The translations under genes and the position numbers were made by a program. A DNA stretch of 64,000 bases from the human T2T-CHM13v2.0 reference genome, Homo sapiens. The stretch lies in the NCBI RefSeq assembly GCF_009914755.1, contig NC_060928.1. The stretch is one strand, 5' to 3'. Positions 1 to 13,063 of the stretch are shown here, piece by piece; the first letter of the stretch is position 1, and each line of letters starts with the position of its first letter. The notes beneath the pieces are model-generated. The model was not told the DNA's origin and did not search any database. It saw only the letters and a list, made by a program, of their open reading frames with translations.

Positions 1-299
1 TAAGCTATGAAGGCTCTGGAGAGTAATACAGGGACAGCATCCTTGAGATAAAATAGAGATATTTTCATCTCATATTTCAGGGTCCCAAATTCCTTCTAAG
101 ACCCTCACCTCGCATAATAGATCTTCTTTAAGGGCTGAGCATTTAAAGGTCTGCAAAGCTCTGCAGACTTCAGTTAGCTGCTCTGCTTTATTTGCTCTTC
201 CATTGCAAGAAATGAAATTTTCTTTTTAGAATTAATAAGTGAGGATTCCCTTTTCCTTGAGTTTTTTTGAACAGCTTCAGTATTACTGGTACTAGTTCT

Positions 300-2450
300 T
301 CCAGGATACAAAATCAATGAACAAAAATCAGTTGCATTTCTATACACCAGTAATGACCAAGCTGAAAACCAAATCAAGAACTAAATACCACTTCCAACAG
401 CTACCCAAAAAAGTGCGTAGGAGGCTGGGTGCGGTGGCTCACGTCTGTAATCCCAGCACTTTGGGAAGCCGAGGTGGGTGGACCTGAGGTCAGGAGTTTG
501 AGACCAGCTTGACAAACATGGTGAAACCTTGTCTCTACTGAACATTCAAAAATTAGCCAGGCATGGTGGTGCACACCTGTAGTCACAGCTACTCAGGAGG
601 CTGAGGCAGAAGAATCGCTTGAACCCAGGAGGCAGAGGTTGCAGTGAGCCAAGATTGCGCCACTACACTCCAGCCTGGGCGACAGAGTGAGACTCCATGT
701 CAAAAAAAAAAAAAAAACGTGCCTAGGAATACATTTAAGAAGATGAAAGATCTCTATATGAATAACTACAAAACACTGATAAAAGAAAATATAGATGATA
801 CAAAAAAAATGGAAGAACATCCCATGCTCATGGATTAGGAAAATCAATGTTATTAAAACAACATGACTCCCCCAAATAATCTAGAGTTTCAATGCAATTC
901 CTATCAAAATGCCAACTTCACTTCTCACAGAATTAGAAAAAAAAAATCCTAAAATTCCTGTGGAATCAAAAAAGAACCCAAATAGCCAAAGCAATCCTAG
1001 GCAAAAGAAAAAAGCTAGAGGCATCACATTACCAGACTTCAAATTATACTACAAGGATATAGTAACCAAAATATTATGGTACTGGTATAAAACTGGACAG
1101 CTAGATCAATGGAATAGAATAGAGAACCTAGAAATAAAGCCACATACTTAAAACCAACTGGTCTTCAACAGAGTAGAGAAAAACATACGCTGGAGAAAGA
1201 CACTCTATTCCATAAATGGTGCTAGGGAAACTGGATAGCCACATGCAGAAGAATGTAACTGGATCCCTATGTCTCATCATGTAAAAAAATTAACTCAAGA
1301 AGGATTAAAGGCTTAAATATAAGAGTTGAAACTATGAGAATTCTATAAGAAAACCTAGGAAAAACTCTTTTCGACATTGGCCTTGGAAAAGAATTTATGA
1401 CTAAGACCTCAAAAGCAATTGCAACAAAAACAAAAATAGACAAATGGAATTTAATTAAACCAAAAGGCTTTCACACAGCAAATGAAATAATCAACATGGC
1501 AAACAGACAACCTATAGAATTGGAGAAAATATTTTCAAACTATGCATCCTACAAAATGGATTCATTTATCTAGACTAGTATCTAGAGTCTATGAAATACT
1601 CAACAGGAAAAAAGCACAAAATACCATTAAAAAGTAGGCAAAGCACATAAGCAGACGTTTTCAAAGGAAGACATACAAATGTCCAAGAAACATATGAATG
1701 TTCAACGTCTCTAAACATCAGAGAAATGCAAATTAAACCCATAATGAGATAACATATTACACTCATCAGAATGACTATTATTAAAAAGTTAAAAAAATAA
1801 AAACAAAAACAAGTTGGTGAAAATGCAGAGAAAAGAGAACACGTTATACACTGGCGGTGGGAATGTAAATTAGTACAATCTTTATGGAAAACAGTACAGA
1901 GGTTCTCAAAAACTAAAAAACGGAACTATCATTTGATCTAGCCACCCCACTACTAGGTATCTACTCAAAGAAAAAGAAATCATTATTTTACAAAGACACC
2001 ATACTCATATGTTTAAAGCAGCACTCTTCACAACAGCAACAATATGGAATCAGTCTGTGTCCCTGAACAGATGACTGGAGAAAGAAAATGTGATGTATAT
2101 GGAATAGTACTCAGCCATAATAAACAATAAAATCATGCCTTTTTCAGCAATGTGGATGAAACTGGAGATAATTATCTTAAGCAAAATAATTCAGAAACAG
2201 AAAAGCAAATACCACATGTTCTCATTTATAAGTGGGAGCTACATAATGTGTATACATGGACTTAGAGAGTGGAATAATAGGCATTGGAGACTCAGAAAGG
2301 TGAGACGGTGGGAGGAGATTGGGAGGAGGGTGACGGATGAGAAATTACCTAACAAATACAATGTACTCCATTTGTATGACAGTTACATGGAAAGCCCAGA
2401 TTTCACCACTACGTAACATATACATGTAACAAAACTTGTGCCCTGAATCT
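300..2450 (+). mobile_element. 5'-truncated LINE-1 (L1PB/L1MA-type), 3' part of ORF2 plus 3' UTR, interrupted by an Alu
   Basis: ORF2 remnants such as [27 protein letters not shown] (909-1151) and MPFSAMWMKLEIIILS (2135); L1 3' UTR motifs to ~2440; many stops and frameshifts. Confidence 0.92.
423..717 (+). mobile_element. AluS-type SINE inserted in the L1
   Basis: Full dimer GGCTGGGTGCGGTGGCTCAC...poly(A); flanking TSD aaaaaagtgcgtagga / aaaaaacgtgcctagga. Confidence 0.95.
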
Positions 2451-3524
2451 TTTTGTTTGTTTTTAAGCTACCAAAAAGCCACTCTGACTCTTATATCTAG
2501 CCTTTAATCACTAGTCCTCAGCTTCTCATTATCTCTCTGCAGGCCATCAAGACAACTTGACAGAAATCAGCCAACTTTGCTATTTTTGTAGGCTTTGTTC
2601 CTCTATATCTTTCACATGCCTGAGGTTTTATTTATTTATTTTTTTTTACCTTCAAGAGCCTTCCTCCCACTGGGACAGTTTTTAAAGTTATTGGAGAAAT
2701 ATTTGTTAAGTGTACTACCAACTTTTTCTAGGTACTAAATGTGCCTCACAGACCATTCAAATAACCTCCATTTTGCCCAACAAGTAGTCTCTCTTGCACA
2801 TTTCTTATGTTAATCTCACTACATCATACCAAGAAGATCTTACATTCTAGTTTGCCTGAGACAATCCTGATTTAACCTGTGGTCCTGGCGTTATTGTTAA
2901 CACTGCCCTCTTTCCTTCTAAAGATTGTCTACATTGCATGATAAATTACTGATCATCCTAATTAGAATACACTCCCACTTCTCACATTTTACCCATAGCA
3001 AAGATTTATAATTCTTGACATTGGCAGTAATGTCATACTTTATAGGCCATTCTATGCCAGAGATACAGCTTATGTATATTATCACATTTAATACAATAAA
3101 TTATTATTTCCCACTTCTAAAATGAGGAAATTGAGTATGAAAGGATTTAAATAATTTTCTAGATATTACCTGCTGATAAAGGGAAGGAAACACAATGTAA
3201 AACCAAATCAGTCTGATTCCATAGGCTCTATATTATGACCCTTTGTATTCATTTCTGTTGCCACATTATTATAATAACTAACTGAAAATAGTTCCATTTC
3301 TGCCACCAATTTTTCTGGGCATTAGTTTCTCCCATGTAAATGTATATAGGTTGGCTACATAATTTACAATGTTTTCTTTGAATCTATAATTCTATTATCT
3401 AAATTAAGAAGCTGGCTTTATTACGAATGTTATCAAACTGCTTTTGAATTTTGTGAAACAGGGTAGAAACATAACTGATTTAAAAATATAGTTGTACATA
3501 CATTCTTTAAAAGCAGCTGGCAAG

Positions 3525-3971
<447 letters not shown>

Positions 3972-4221
3972 TCAACTATTCTTTAAAAAATGAGAATGTT
4001 TCTGTAAGGGCAACATGGATAACATAATATTGTTTAGTGATACCGAATATTGAAGCACAGCCATTCATTTTCTTTAATTTTACTTCACATAGTTCCAACA
4101 ATCAAAAGGATCTATAAAACCTAGTGAGAGAAATAGCAGTCACATGCCCTTATCCCATTCTCTTAGCTCTTTGGTTAGGCATTTTTCTTCACATCTATAA
4201 AATATGTGCTTACCTTGCTAC

Positions 4222-5580
4222 TGAGAGATGACAGCATGCTGGCAGCCCTGGCAGCCCTCGCTCGCTCTCGGTGCCTCCTCGGCCTCAGCGCCCATTCTGG
4301 CCGCGCTTAAAAGGAGCCCTTCAGCCCGCTGCTGCACCGTGGGATGCCTTCTCTGGGCTGGCCGAGGCCGGAGCCGGCTCCCTCGGCTTGCTGGGAGGTG
4401 TGGAAGGAGAGGCACGGGCGGGAACCGGGGCTGCGCGCCGCGCTTGCAGGCCAGCTAGAGTTCCGGGTGGGCGTGGGCTTGGCGGGCCCCGCACTCTGAG
4501 CGGCCGGCCGGCCCCGCCTGCCCGGGGCAGTGAGGGGCTTAGCACCCAGGCCAGCAGCTGCGGAGTGTGCGCTGGGTCCCCCAGCAGTGCCGGCCCGCCG
4601 GCGCTGCGCTGGAATGCTCACTGGGCCTTAGCCGCCTCCCCGCGGGGCAGGGGCTCGGGACCTGCAGCCTGCCATGCCCAAGCCTGCCCCCACCGCCCTG
4701 GGCTCCTGCGCGTCCCCAGCGTCCCCGACGAGCACCGCCCCGGTTCAGTGGCGCCTGGTCCCATTGACTGCCCAAGGGCTGAGGAGTGCGGGCGCACAGC
4801 GCCGGACTGGCAGGCAGCTCCACCAGCTGCCCACTGCGGGATCCACTGGGTGAAGCCAGCTGGGCTGCTGACTCTAGTGGGGACTTGGAGAACCTTTATG
4901 TCTAGCTAAGGGATTGTGAATACGCCAATCAGCACTCTGTATCTAACTCAAGGTTTGTAAATGCACCAATCAGCACTCTGTATCTAGCTCAGGGTTTGTA
5001 AATACACCAATCAGCCCTCTGTATCTAGCTGATCTACTGGGGACCTGGAGAACTTTTGTGTCTAGTTCAGGGATTGTAAACGCACCAATCAGCACCCTGT
5101 CAAAATGGACCAATCAGCTCTCTGTAAAACAGACCAATCGGCTCTCTGTAAACTGGACCAATCAGCAGGATGTGGGTTGGGCCAGATAAGAGAATAAAAG
5201 CAGGCTGCCTGAGCCAGCAGTGGCAACCCCATTGTGTCTGCTTCCACGGTTTTTTTTTGTTGTTGTTGTTCTTTGCAATAATTCTTGTTGCTGTTCGTTC
5301 TTTGGGTCCACATTGCTTTTATGAGCTGTAACACTCACTGTGGAGGTCTGCCGCTTCACTATTGAGTCACTGAAACCACGAAGCCACCAGAAGGAAGAAA
5401 CTCGGAACACATCCGAACGTCAGAAGGAAGAAATTCTGAAGACATCTCTGACCACATCTGAGTGTCAGAAGGAATAAACTGTGGACATGCCGCCTTTAAG
5501 AACTGTTGACACTCACTGTCAGGGTCTGTGGCTTCTTTCTTGAAGTCAGTGAGACCAAGAACCCACCAATTCCAGACACA
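4222..5580 (+). mobile_element. Solo LTR12-family (ERV9) LTR
   Basis: Begins TGAGAGATGACAGC, ends AATTCCAGACACA; perfect 4-bp TSD CTAC; GC/CpG-rich U3 followed by ~41-bp CCAAT-containing tandem units. Confidence 0.96.
4921..5225 (+). promoter_or_regulatory. LTR12 enhancer/promoter: CCAAT (NF-Y) array, GATA site and AATAAA TATA-like box
   Basis: CCAATC at about 4925, 4966, 5007, 5085, 5110, 5134 and 5158; AGATAAG near 5184; AATAAA 5193-5198; matches known ERV9 LTR promoter architecture; activity not demonstrable from sequence. Confidence 0.7.
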
Positions 5581-5838
5581 CTACTTCATTTTTTTAAAGA
5601 CAGTATGTATTGGCTTCTACTATGAAAATTTAAGACTAAGCTCCCATCTGTTTCCCATGTTTTAAACCATATTTTCCCATATTTCACACTTCTCAAGTCA
5701 TTCTCAAAATATAATATTATTGTTTTATTAGTATTCAGGTTTTCATTATGAGTATATGTAGAGGGGTGAAGGCTAGTCACAGTTTAGTTTTGGTTTGTAT
5801 CTACATAGAATTTAACTTCTGGCAAGACTTTAGTTTTC

Positions 5839-6117
<279 letters not shown>

Positions 6118-6456
6118 AGAACTTTAGTTTTCAGACCAGTTTTCTTCTCTTATTTACTTAACTGTCTGGGAACATACCATTAATTTACTCCAAAATTCCT
6201 GCTGTTAGTGTCAATCTCCTCAGCACATTCAAGCACGTCAAATGTTTTACTGACTTAGTATATCACAGACATATTTTCTCATGAGCACTAAAAGTCACCA
6301 GCCTGGGCTGATTGCTCTTGAGGCTTGTGACTCAGCTGTCCTACTGGGAGGAACTTTCCCCTTTCATCCTGGAGATTCGCTTCTCTTTGCACATTGAATC
6401 TTCCTTCTAGGCCACATAGGTTTTTTTTTTTTTCTTGGTTTACTTCATTTTAGTGG

Positions 6457-7020
6457 TATATTAGGATTCTGCAGAGAAACAATCTGTAGGATATAAAGAG
6501 ATTTATTCTAGGGAATTGATTAATATGGTTATGGAAGCTGAGAAGTCCCATGATTTACCACATAGAAGCTGATGAGGGCTTCTCTCAAACTAACGATCCC
6601 TACTTTTTCATTAATTTATATGTTTAGGGCACTTAAAAGAAGATAGGAAATTTCTGGGCATGGGTTCAACTTACGGAAGCCAGTCGTGTAAGTCAGTCTG
6701 GGTCTAAAGGCTTGAGAATCAAGGAAACAAAATGGTGTATATCCTGGTCCCAGGGCAAGAGAATAATTACATGCCAGCTAAAGGAGTGGGACAGACAAAG
6801 AGGTAAATCCTCCTTTCTTCCATGTTTTATTCTATTAGTGCCTCAGTTGATTGAATGATGTCTACTCACATTGAAAAAGGCCACCTGTGTTACTGAGTCT
6901 AATGATCCAAATGTTAATTTCATCTGAAAACATCCTTATAGACTTCCTCAGAAATAACGTTCAACCATGTATCTGGGCATCCCTGATCCAGTTCAGTTGA
7001 TGCAAAACTTAAACATCACT
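6457..7020 (-). mobile_element. MLT2 (ERVL) solo LTR containing a foreign ~100-bp insert
   Basis: tattaggattctgcagagaaac...ttatggaagctgagaagtcccatga...ccagttcagttgatgcaaaacttaaacatcac; 5-bp TSD agtgg/ggtgg. Confidence 0.8.
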
Positions 7021-7024
7021 GGTG

Positions 7025-7790
7025 GAGTACATCAGCTAGCAACTTACTGAGAAAAGAGGAATAGAGATAATTTTTGAGACTATGCATGTGTGAAGAAAAT
7101 GTTTTTCTATCTTCATATTTGATTGATAGGTGATACAATATACAATTTTATTTTGGGAACAAGTCCCACCAGGACTTTGAAAGTGCTTTTGCTTTGTTTT
7201 TGTTTTTGTTTTTTTCAACTGGTTGCCTGTACCACTACAGAAATCTCTGATGCGATTATGAGTCCTGATCCTTTTCATGTAACCTATATCTATATCTTCT
7301 CCCACTCTCAAAACCTTTAGGATCCTCTCTTTGCCAAACTTCAGTTTTCTAAAATTTCAATGTGATATGCTTTAATACAAGGGTGCCAGAAACCGGGTAG
7401 TTTCTTTTCACCTGGGAAACATGCTCTACTGTGCTGGGAAAATCCCTTGAATGATTTCTTTGATATTTTATATCTCTCCTTTTCTCTATTTTTTATTTTT
7501 GGAAATATTTTTAGGTGATGGCATATTGATCCTCTAATTTTCTTTACCTGTCTCACTATTTCTCATCAATTCTTCTATTTTCTAACTTTTCAAGCTGCTT
7601 TCTAGATTTTTATCTTCTAATGTTTCAAATGCATATTTTCTAAAAAATTCTGAACACATGCATACAATTATTAATACATTAATAATAAATTACTTGTATA
7701 TTAATAATAAATTACTTGAATTTTTAATTACTAAAGTGTCTCTTTTCTCCAATTTCCTTTTTACTTTTTTCTGTTGTGTATTTTGGTTTC
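7025..7790 (-). mobile_element. Ancient L1M-like remnant, probably continuous with ~6240-6450
   Basis: T-rich degenerate sequence resembling antisense old L1ME; resemblance only. Confidence 0.4.
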
Positions 7791-8029
7791 CATCTCTCTC
7801 ATTAGGGCTTCTCTCAAACTAACAATCCCTACTTTTTCATTAATTTATATGTTTAGGGCACTTAAGATGGGAAATTTCTGGGCATGGGTTCAACTTATGG
7901 ATCTATGGGCTGGTCAAAGCCTCAAGGAAGATTCTTTTGTCATCTATTATGAGGATTAAATTTGTCCGTAAAATTTGGAGGACCAAGAGAATCACAAATC
8001 TAGTTTAAAAACGTTCCTGTAATTCTCCA

Positions 8030-8345
8030 TTTTTTTTATTTTTTATTTATTTATTTATTTATTTTGAGACGAAGTATTGCTGTATCACCTAGGCTGGAGT
8101 ACAGTGGTATGATCTCGTCTCACTGTAACCTCTGTCTCCAAGCTTCAAGCAATTTTCCTGCCTTAGCCTTCCGAGTAGCTGGGACTACAGGCATCTGCCA
8201 GCACACCAGGCTAATTTTTGTATTTTTAGTAGGGACAGGATTTCACCATGTTGGCTAGGCTGGTCTTGAACTTGACCTCAAGTGATCCTCCCGCCTCAGC
8301 TTTCCAAAGTCCTGGGATTACAGGTGTGAGCCACCACACCAGGCC
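8030..8345 (-). mobile_element. Alu (S/J type)
   Basis: (TTTA)n tail followed by reverse Alu dimer ending ccacaccaggcc. Confidence 0.93.
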
Positions 8346-8356
8346 TATGGCCTATC

Positions 8357-9317
8357 TTTTTATTTTTTTGAAGTCACTACCACCAATAGTACTGTGTAGT
8401 TTTATTAACCATTTAAATATCTTGTACTTAACTATTTAAGCATCTGGTAAGATTGGGACACAATTGGGATTGAAAAGTGAACATATATTATTCAGCAATT
8501 AAAAGTTCTAAAGAAGCCACTACATACTCTTCACAATATGTTTTCACAGAGAAAAACAGTACTTGCCATTAACCCAGCACACCAAGTGTACCGAAATAAA
8601 AAAGAGGCAACAAGAAAAATATCTACATTAGAAAGAACCACACTTTCAGTTTCTCCCCTTTATCCCCTAAACCAACATATTACCCTATGGGTTTATCTAT
8701 ACAGCTGCCCATTAGCTTCTAGAGTATTGTCAGAAGGGAAAGAATAAATGACACTGGCCAGTAGTTTTTGGATATTTAGGAAAGAGAGGTGAAAGTCAGT
8801 TCTCAGAACAAATTAGTCAGCTTCAGTCTCATCAACAGGACCTCTGGATTCTTTGTTCTTCTGCACCTGTTCAGTGTGCTTATCCTTCTCTGGCAAACAC
8901 TCCAGTTTGACAGCCATTTGTGCCTCTCTATTCTCTTCATTAGCTTTCATTTTGTGGGTGAGGTTCTTTTTGCCATTTTGCTGAAGTTAGTATTCTCTTC
9001 TATTGCTTTCTAAACCACTTATTTCTCCATCCTTTGCAAGCTGCTTCAAGATCTCAGCTTAGTAGGACTTGTGCCTTTCTTTTGCAGCTTCTCATATCTT
9101 CTGAGTTTCCTCTAAGGAAATTTTCCTTCTTCTGTGGAGAGGGGAAAGGGAATTATAGAATTGATTCCTTTGACTGAGGGCTGAGAATTAGTTCAAAAGC
9201 CTGGCCTGAAGCACCCTTCTCCAGTTCTTTCACCTGGATATCAAAAGAAGCCGGGTAAATAGATGACAAGAGACAGGCAATGTGTTCTATAGAATCCACT
9301 GGGGTAATGAAAGGCCA
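8357..9317 (-). pseudogene. STMN1 (parent): Processed pseudogene of stathmin 1
   Basis: Minus strand reads [30 protein letters not shown] ... DETEAD* (stop 8813-8815), intronless; ATG lost near 9253; internal stops/indels; 3' UTR with AATAAA (tttatt 8401-8406) and poly(A) remnant 8357-8369; 5' UTR similarity to ~9317. Confidence 0.94.
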
Positions 9318-9690
9318 TGAGCCCACCATCCTTATCGTACCTCTGCTGGTGGGACAGGTCCTGGTAACAGGCTGAGTAGCTGAGAACCTCTTCCTCCTGT
9401 CATCCCTGACCCAAGCCTGTGCAACCCAAGCTGTCCGCACCCCACACCCCACAAAGAGCGTGGCCCGTCATCTGTCACCCACAAGGGTGATCACGGGGAT
9501 CTAATTCTCTCTTTTAAATGGTAAATGTCCCTTTAAATGAAGGACAGAAAGAAAGGGAATTTTTCTTGTTTTCTCTTTTCAGAATTTAAATGATGTTCAA
9601 ATCCTGAGGTGTTTCTGAAATCAAATAGTAGTATCTCTTAGATAAGTGTACTCAACAAACAAATGAAAATATAAGAAAATACCCTACAAT

Positions 9691-9995
9691 GGCCAGGCGC
9701 GGTGGCTCACGCCTATAATCCCAGCACTTTGGGAGGCCGAGGCGGGCGGATCACGAGGTCAGCAGATCAAGACCACCGTGAGACCACGGTGAAACCCCGT
9801 CTCTACTAAAAATACAAAAAAATTAGCCGGGCGCCGTCGTGGGCGCCTGTAGTCCCAACTGCTCGGGAGGCTGAGGCGGGAGAATGGCATGAACCCGGGA
9901 GTCGGAGCTTGCATGAGCCGAGATCGCGCCACTGCACTCCAGCCTGGGCGATAGAGTGAGACTCTGTCTCAAAAAGAAAAAGAAAAAAAAAGAAA
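9691..9995 (+). mobile_element. AluY SINE, Yd-lineage-like
   Basis: CpG-rich dimer; agaccacggtgaaacc junction; TSD aagaaaataccctacaat (9673-9690) / aagaaaataccctagaat (9996-10013). Confidence 0.93.
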
Positions 9996-11148
9996 AAGAA
10001 AATACCCTAGAATTTGTAGATAAAGATATAAAGACATAAGATGCAGGGTATACAATCATGTAGTTCATATTATACATTCATATGGAACATACCAAGTCAT
10101 ATTTGACAGTGTTCAGTAGGTGTCAGGTTGAGCTCAAGACAATCATGGTTCTTCCAGGAATATTCTACCCATCATTCTGATCTGTAGAAAAAAGGCCGTT
10201 CTATGTCTTTAGTCTGATTCTGGGGAAGAATTATATCGTTCTTTTACAATATATTAATTTATATATAAACCCTATTCTGTATGGGAAACCATTGTTAATA
10301 ATGTAGAAAGACTTCACTAAAAATTGGACAACCAATTATTTGCTTCTTTATTTTATAGTAAGGATATAATATGGAGACCTCTCTATATATGCTCTTCTCT
10401 TTATTCTGTAGAATTAAGACCAAAGATTAATCCTTACATGAACAGATTCCCATCAATATAATAAATTTAAAGTTTAGAGAATATTGCATTTTTAGATTTG
10501 ATTCTGTCATCGCCTTATAGAAAATCCACAGGTGCTATCATGGGATATATGGCGGGTGGTAGAAAGAAGATTAATTTTTAAAGGTGTTTCAATATGAGGA
10601 TGAGTGGTTTACAATGTGTATAAATCTTTATAAAGAATTCTCCTTTGAGCCAGTTGTGGAATATGGCAGTGACCACTTCTATGTAGGTATCAAATATCAT
10701 AAAATCAAATCTCATAAAAATCAGCAAACCAAAAGTAGACTGATCTCTAAATCACAAGGAAATTGTATGCAATGGAGTGGTGGGAGCAATCTGTATACTA
10801 AGGAACATTTGCTTCATCAATCAGATGTGAATGTGCCATTCTAATACATGTTTTCTGATTCTAATAGCTTTAGTGGAGTACACCTGAGACATAAAAGTTT
10901 ATACTTTTACCATAATACAGACAGTGGGGTTTCAGAAAGCGTTAGTGTGTATAACAGCCTGTCATGACTACTACATTTGGCAAAGAAAATCTTTCTCTAA
11001 TTTTTTCCTACTGAGAAAACAAGAATTTGGCTTTCATTATGTTCAGTTACTCAGGGGAGAACTTATTATTCATCAAAAGACATACTCTTTAGTCTTCCTT
11101 TAAACTGGGCAGAGAGACTTTACTACATATAGAAAATAACCCAGCTTG

Positions 11149-11455
11149 GGCCGGGTGCGGTGGCTCATGCCTATAATCCCAGAAGTTTGGGAGCCCAGGG
11201 CAGGAGAATCACTTGAGGCCAGGTGTTTGAGACCAGCCTGGCCAACATGGTGAAACCCCATCTCACTAAAAATACAAAAATTAGCCAGTAGCAGTAGCAT
11301 GTGCCTGTATTCCTAGCTGCTCTGGAGGCTGGGGTGGGAGAATCCCTTGAGTCTGGGAGGCAGAGGTTGTAGTGAGTGAGCTGAGATACTGCCACTGCAC
11401 TCCAGCCTGGGTGATGGGAGTGAAATCCTATCTAAAAAAAGAAAAAGAAAAGAGA
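11149..11455 (+). mobile_element. Alu (J/S type)
   Basis: Full dimer; TSD core aacccagctt on both sides. Confidence 0.92.
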
Positions 11456-12744
11456 AGAACCCAGCTTATTTTTCTGATTGGCTAATGTTTCTCAGCAAAG
11501 GGAATATCTAAGTAGTAGATAGAAAAGGGAAACACTCTAAATTCAGTCCCCAGATATCCCTGGTTAAACTGAGACTCTCCATTTGAAAACTTTGGACTGA
11601 TTTCTACAACTGCATTTTTGGCTAGCCATCCTCGATACATTTTACCTCTTAATATGAGAAATTAAACTGTATTTCTACTACGTCTCATACTAATGTACAT
11701 ATCATTTTAAAATCCACCTTTGTGGTTCAGGGAGAAGTCTATTGAAACCCATAACTACATGTAAAACATCAACATTAGCAACAACAAAACATGAAAAGAA
11801 AACGTTATTTTCTTTTCAGTCATTATCCACAAATCTTGTCAGCAATGTACCTGAAAAAATAAGTGAAAATGCTCCTTATTTTGATTCGTATTGCAGTGGT
11901 TCAGGCAATACTACTTAACTAAACTGAAAAATTGTATACTGGGTTTATTAGTGCTGATTTTGATACTTTCAGACATGCTATAAAAATACTATGCACTTTG
12001 GCAACAACCTTTCCTGATAGAGGAGTAGAGTAACAAGGTATCTATAAACAAATAAATAAAAGACTGCATAAATAAGCCAATGCAGTCTACTGTCATATAA
12101 ATTGTCTGCAAGAGTTAAGCTTAGAGAAAAAAAAGTTTTTGTCCAGTTTCTGTGATCCTTTGCATCATATGTTTGCTACTAATATTTTTTCTTAAATTTA
12201 TAAAAGACAATTTTAGCAATGGGAACAGTAGTTGGAATAGGTTATTTTCTGTTTACTTTGATACTTAAAGGCCATCAGAAGCATGGACTTTTTCCTTTAA
12301 TTCCCTTCCTGCCTTCTTTTTTACATATAGTAAATTTCCAGAAGAAAATAAAAGGATTCAATTTATTTATCCTATGTGAAAATACATTTTGGAATCTATA
12401 ATAGACTTTACTGAGAAATACTCTAATTATGCTCATCAATTTTACCTAGACAAAGCTGTACTTGTTAAAATATAAATAAGTTTATTTCAGTTACTTTTTC
12501 ACCACTTAACCATTATCATCATCAAAAAGCATGTATTAAAAATATATTTCCACTTAACCTAATTGTGGTTGCTATACATAAAATTTGATTAGATATAATT
12601 ACTGGCTATGATTAGATTGTACAGAAAAATCAGAAGTTTTGCACTGCAGTTTTCCAGTGACTTAGCAATATAGGCAGATAATTTAGACCAAATTACTCAT
12701 CCTCACATATTTCAGCCAAATTTAAATGATAACAATTATTGTTA

Positions 12745-13063
<319 letters not shown>

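Noticed and set aside
4250-4860. CpG island of a host gene promoter
   Set aside because: Fully explained by the LTR12 bounded by a CTAC TSD
4271-4909. 212-aa ORF and overlapping ORFs on both strands
   Set aside because: Lie wholly in the GC-rich U3 of LTR12; stop-poor by composition, no protein family signature
4921-5165. Regularly spaced repeats resembling a CRISPR array
   Set aside because: Standard LTR12 tandem enhancer units without unique spacers; eukaryotic context, no cas genes
7676-7720. 22-bp tandem duplication attaataataaattacttg
   Set aside because: Ordinary slippage in AT-rich DNA
9153-9452. 99-aa ORF as a functional stathmin-like gene
   Set aside because: Non-ATG start, native ATG lost, frame ends after ~30 stathmin residues, downstream indels and stops
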